Source of the DNA: Archangium sp.
Lineage (GTDB): Bacteria > Myxococcota > Myxococcia > Myxococcales > Myxococcaceae
DNA: 16,298 nucleotides
Direction of reading: 5' to 3'
Assembly (NCBI GenBank): GCA_031367385.1
Contig: JANLPS010000546.1
Location: 1 to 16,298, forward strand
The position numbers and the translations under genes are program-made. Below, in pieces: positions 16,297 through 16,298 of the stretch (within the stretch, counting starts at the first letter, position 1; each line of letters starts with the position of its first letter). The notes under the pieces were generated by a model. It did not search any database. It was not told the DNA's origin and worked only from the letters and a program-made list of their open reading frames with translations.

Positions 16297-16298
16297 AG

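Overview
GC-rich bacterial chromosomal segment that looks myxobacterial (inferred from an AgmC-like gene, DAG-rich linkers and a DUF1501/CxxCH pair). It holds 15 CDSs. A leftward block contains an orphan GspG-like pseudopilin, an SGNH-hydrolase/Ig-like putative lipoprotein, alaS, a membrane-anchored hypothetical and an AgmC-like secreted protein. The AgmC-like gene is absent from the ORF track and runs off the left edge. Next come a small catalase-like heme protein coupled to a lower-GC membrane-anchored ORF, a REP-like hairpin, DoxX and a GT-C-like membrane protein. A rightward TPR-MoxR-DUF58 unit has no adjacent VWA gene and is followed by an unknown helical protein. At the right edge a DUF1501-like Tat-type protein is paired with a truncated CxxCH protein. 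I saw no RNA genes, CRISPR arrays, transposases or integrases. No clear-cut novel system can be demonstrated from sequence alone. The best leads are the CxxCH/DUF1501 pair, the lower-GC ORF with its REP-like element, and the orphan pseudopilin next to the SGNH-Ig protein. Family names come from motif recognition, not database searches.
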